DNA from: Squalus acanthias | Taxonomy: Eukaryota | DNA: 48,723 nt | NCBI GenBank assembly: GCA_030390025.1 | Contig: JASTWF010000033.1 | Location: forward strand, 6,698,001 to 6,746,723 | Direction: 5' to 3' | Part shown: in pieces, positions 47,600-48,723 of the stretch | Position numbering within the stretch: position 1 is the stretch's first letter | Layout of the letters: every line of letters begins with the position of its first letter | Translations under genes and position numbers: made by a program | Notes under the pieces: generated by a model | Databases searched by the model: none | Seen by the model: only the letters and a program-made list of their open reading frames with translations | What the model was told of the DNA's origin: nothing

Positions 47600-48620
47600 G
47601 GCCAGTGGTGGGAAGTGGTGTTCACAAGGATCGGTGCGGGAACACTTTTGTTCACCATTTACTTAAACAATTCGGACTCAGGAATCGGAAGTGCAATTTC
47701 AAACATTGTGGATGCCACCAAATGGGTGTTTATACTTAATACAGAGGAGGACTGCGACAAAATACAGGAGGACGTTATTAAACTTGCAGAATGGGTGTGT
47801 AACTGGCAAATTAACCTCAATATAGAGAAATGCGAGGTAGTGCATTTTAATAGGACGAATACGGAGGTCACAGACTCCTTGGAGAATAAGGTCTAAACGG
47901 GGTTGAGGGACAGAGGGATGTGAGGGTACAGTTACATAAATCACTAAAAGTTGCAATGCAGATTGATAAGGCCATAAAAACAAAGAAAGCACTGGGGTTC
48001 ATTTCTAGAGGTATAGAATTGTAAATAATAGAAGTTATGTTGAACCTGTATGGAACCTTGGTTAGACCACACTTTTGTACTGCGAACATGGTCTCCATCT
48101 TATAAAAAGGACATAGAGGGACTGGTGAAGTTACAAACAGTATTTACTGGAATGATACCAGAACTGAGAGTTTATACCTGTCAGGAAAGACTGAACAGGC
48201 TGGGCTCATTTCTTTAGGAAAGTGAAGACTGAGGGATAATCCGATAGAGTTCTTTGAGATTAATGAAAGGGTTTCATAGGGTCGATTAGATAAAGTGTTT
48301 CCACTTGCAAGGAGTGACCAGAACTTGGGCTCATAGATATAAGATAGTCATTAATAAATCTAATATGGAATTCAGGAGTGAAAGCTTTTTACCAAATGAT
48401 GTGGTTCAGAATGTGGAACACGCTACCACGAGGAGTAGTTGATGCGAATAGCATAGACACAATTTAAAGGGGGAACGAGACATGCACATGATGGGGAAAA
48501 GGATAGAATGATATTTTTACTGGATTAGATGAAGGAGGGTGGGTGGAGGCTTGTGTGGAGCATGGACACCACAGGAACATTTTGTGGTCGAATAGCCTGT
48601 CCCTGTGCTGTAAATACTTT
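47600..48620 (+). mobile_element. Older CR1 3' part
   Basis: LFTIYLN, WQINLNIEKCEVVHF and LYGTLVRPH; degenerate tail at ~48590-48612. Confidence 0.85.
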
Positions 48621-48723
48621 GTAAATGGTATTTAACATGTATTGGACCGCGGTCAGGTCACACTTAGAGAACTGTGCAGAGTTATGTTTCTCTATATTAT
48701 ATAAAGGACATAGAAGAACTGGA

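Overview
This is eukaryotic, repeat-dense, essentially gene-free vertebrate DNA. Its repeat families (CR1 LINEs with zinc-finger/SGNH-esterase ORF1, Deu-domain SINEs, Penelope-like elements) and a GPR139/142-like pseudo-exon point to a cartilaginous fish, probably a shark; that assignment is an inference. I can support no intact host protein-coding gene, and nearly all ORFs in the track are retrotransposon fragments or microsatellite read-throughs. Main contents: (1) many nested CR1-clade LINEs, including one full-length element split by an antisense CR1 (4-bp target-site duplication, TSD) and one near-full-length element; (2) a near-identical ~6.56-kb tandem duplication (23464-30027 / 30028-36597); (3) a decaying tRNA cluster (Val-AAC x2, Lys-like, Lys-CTT); (4) a Penelope-like element with minimal hammerhead-ribozyme motifs; (5) several minisatellites, namely a 68-bp array with three phased CTCF-consensus motifs, a 77-bp array that looks derived from a SINE head, an 80-bp array at a CR1 5' end, and a 1.4-kb G-rich AGCT-containing 29-bp array with an inverted relic 43 kb away. 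I did not find a convincingly new biological system. The best leads are the CTCF array, the hammerheads, the switch-like G-rich array and the duplication. Boundaries were read by eye and are approximate unless stated otherwise.
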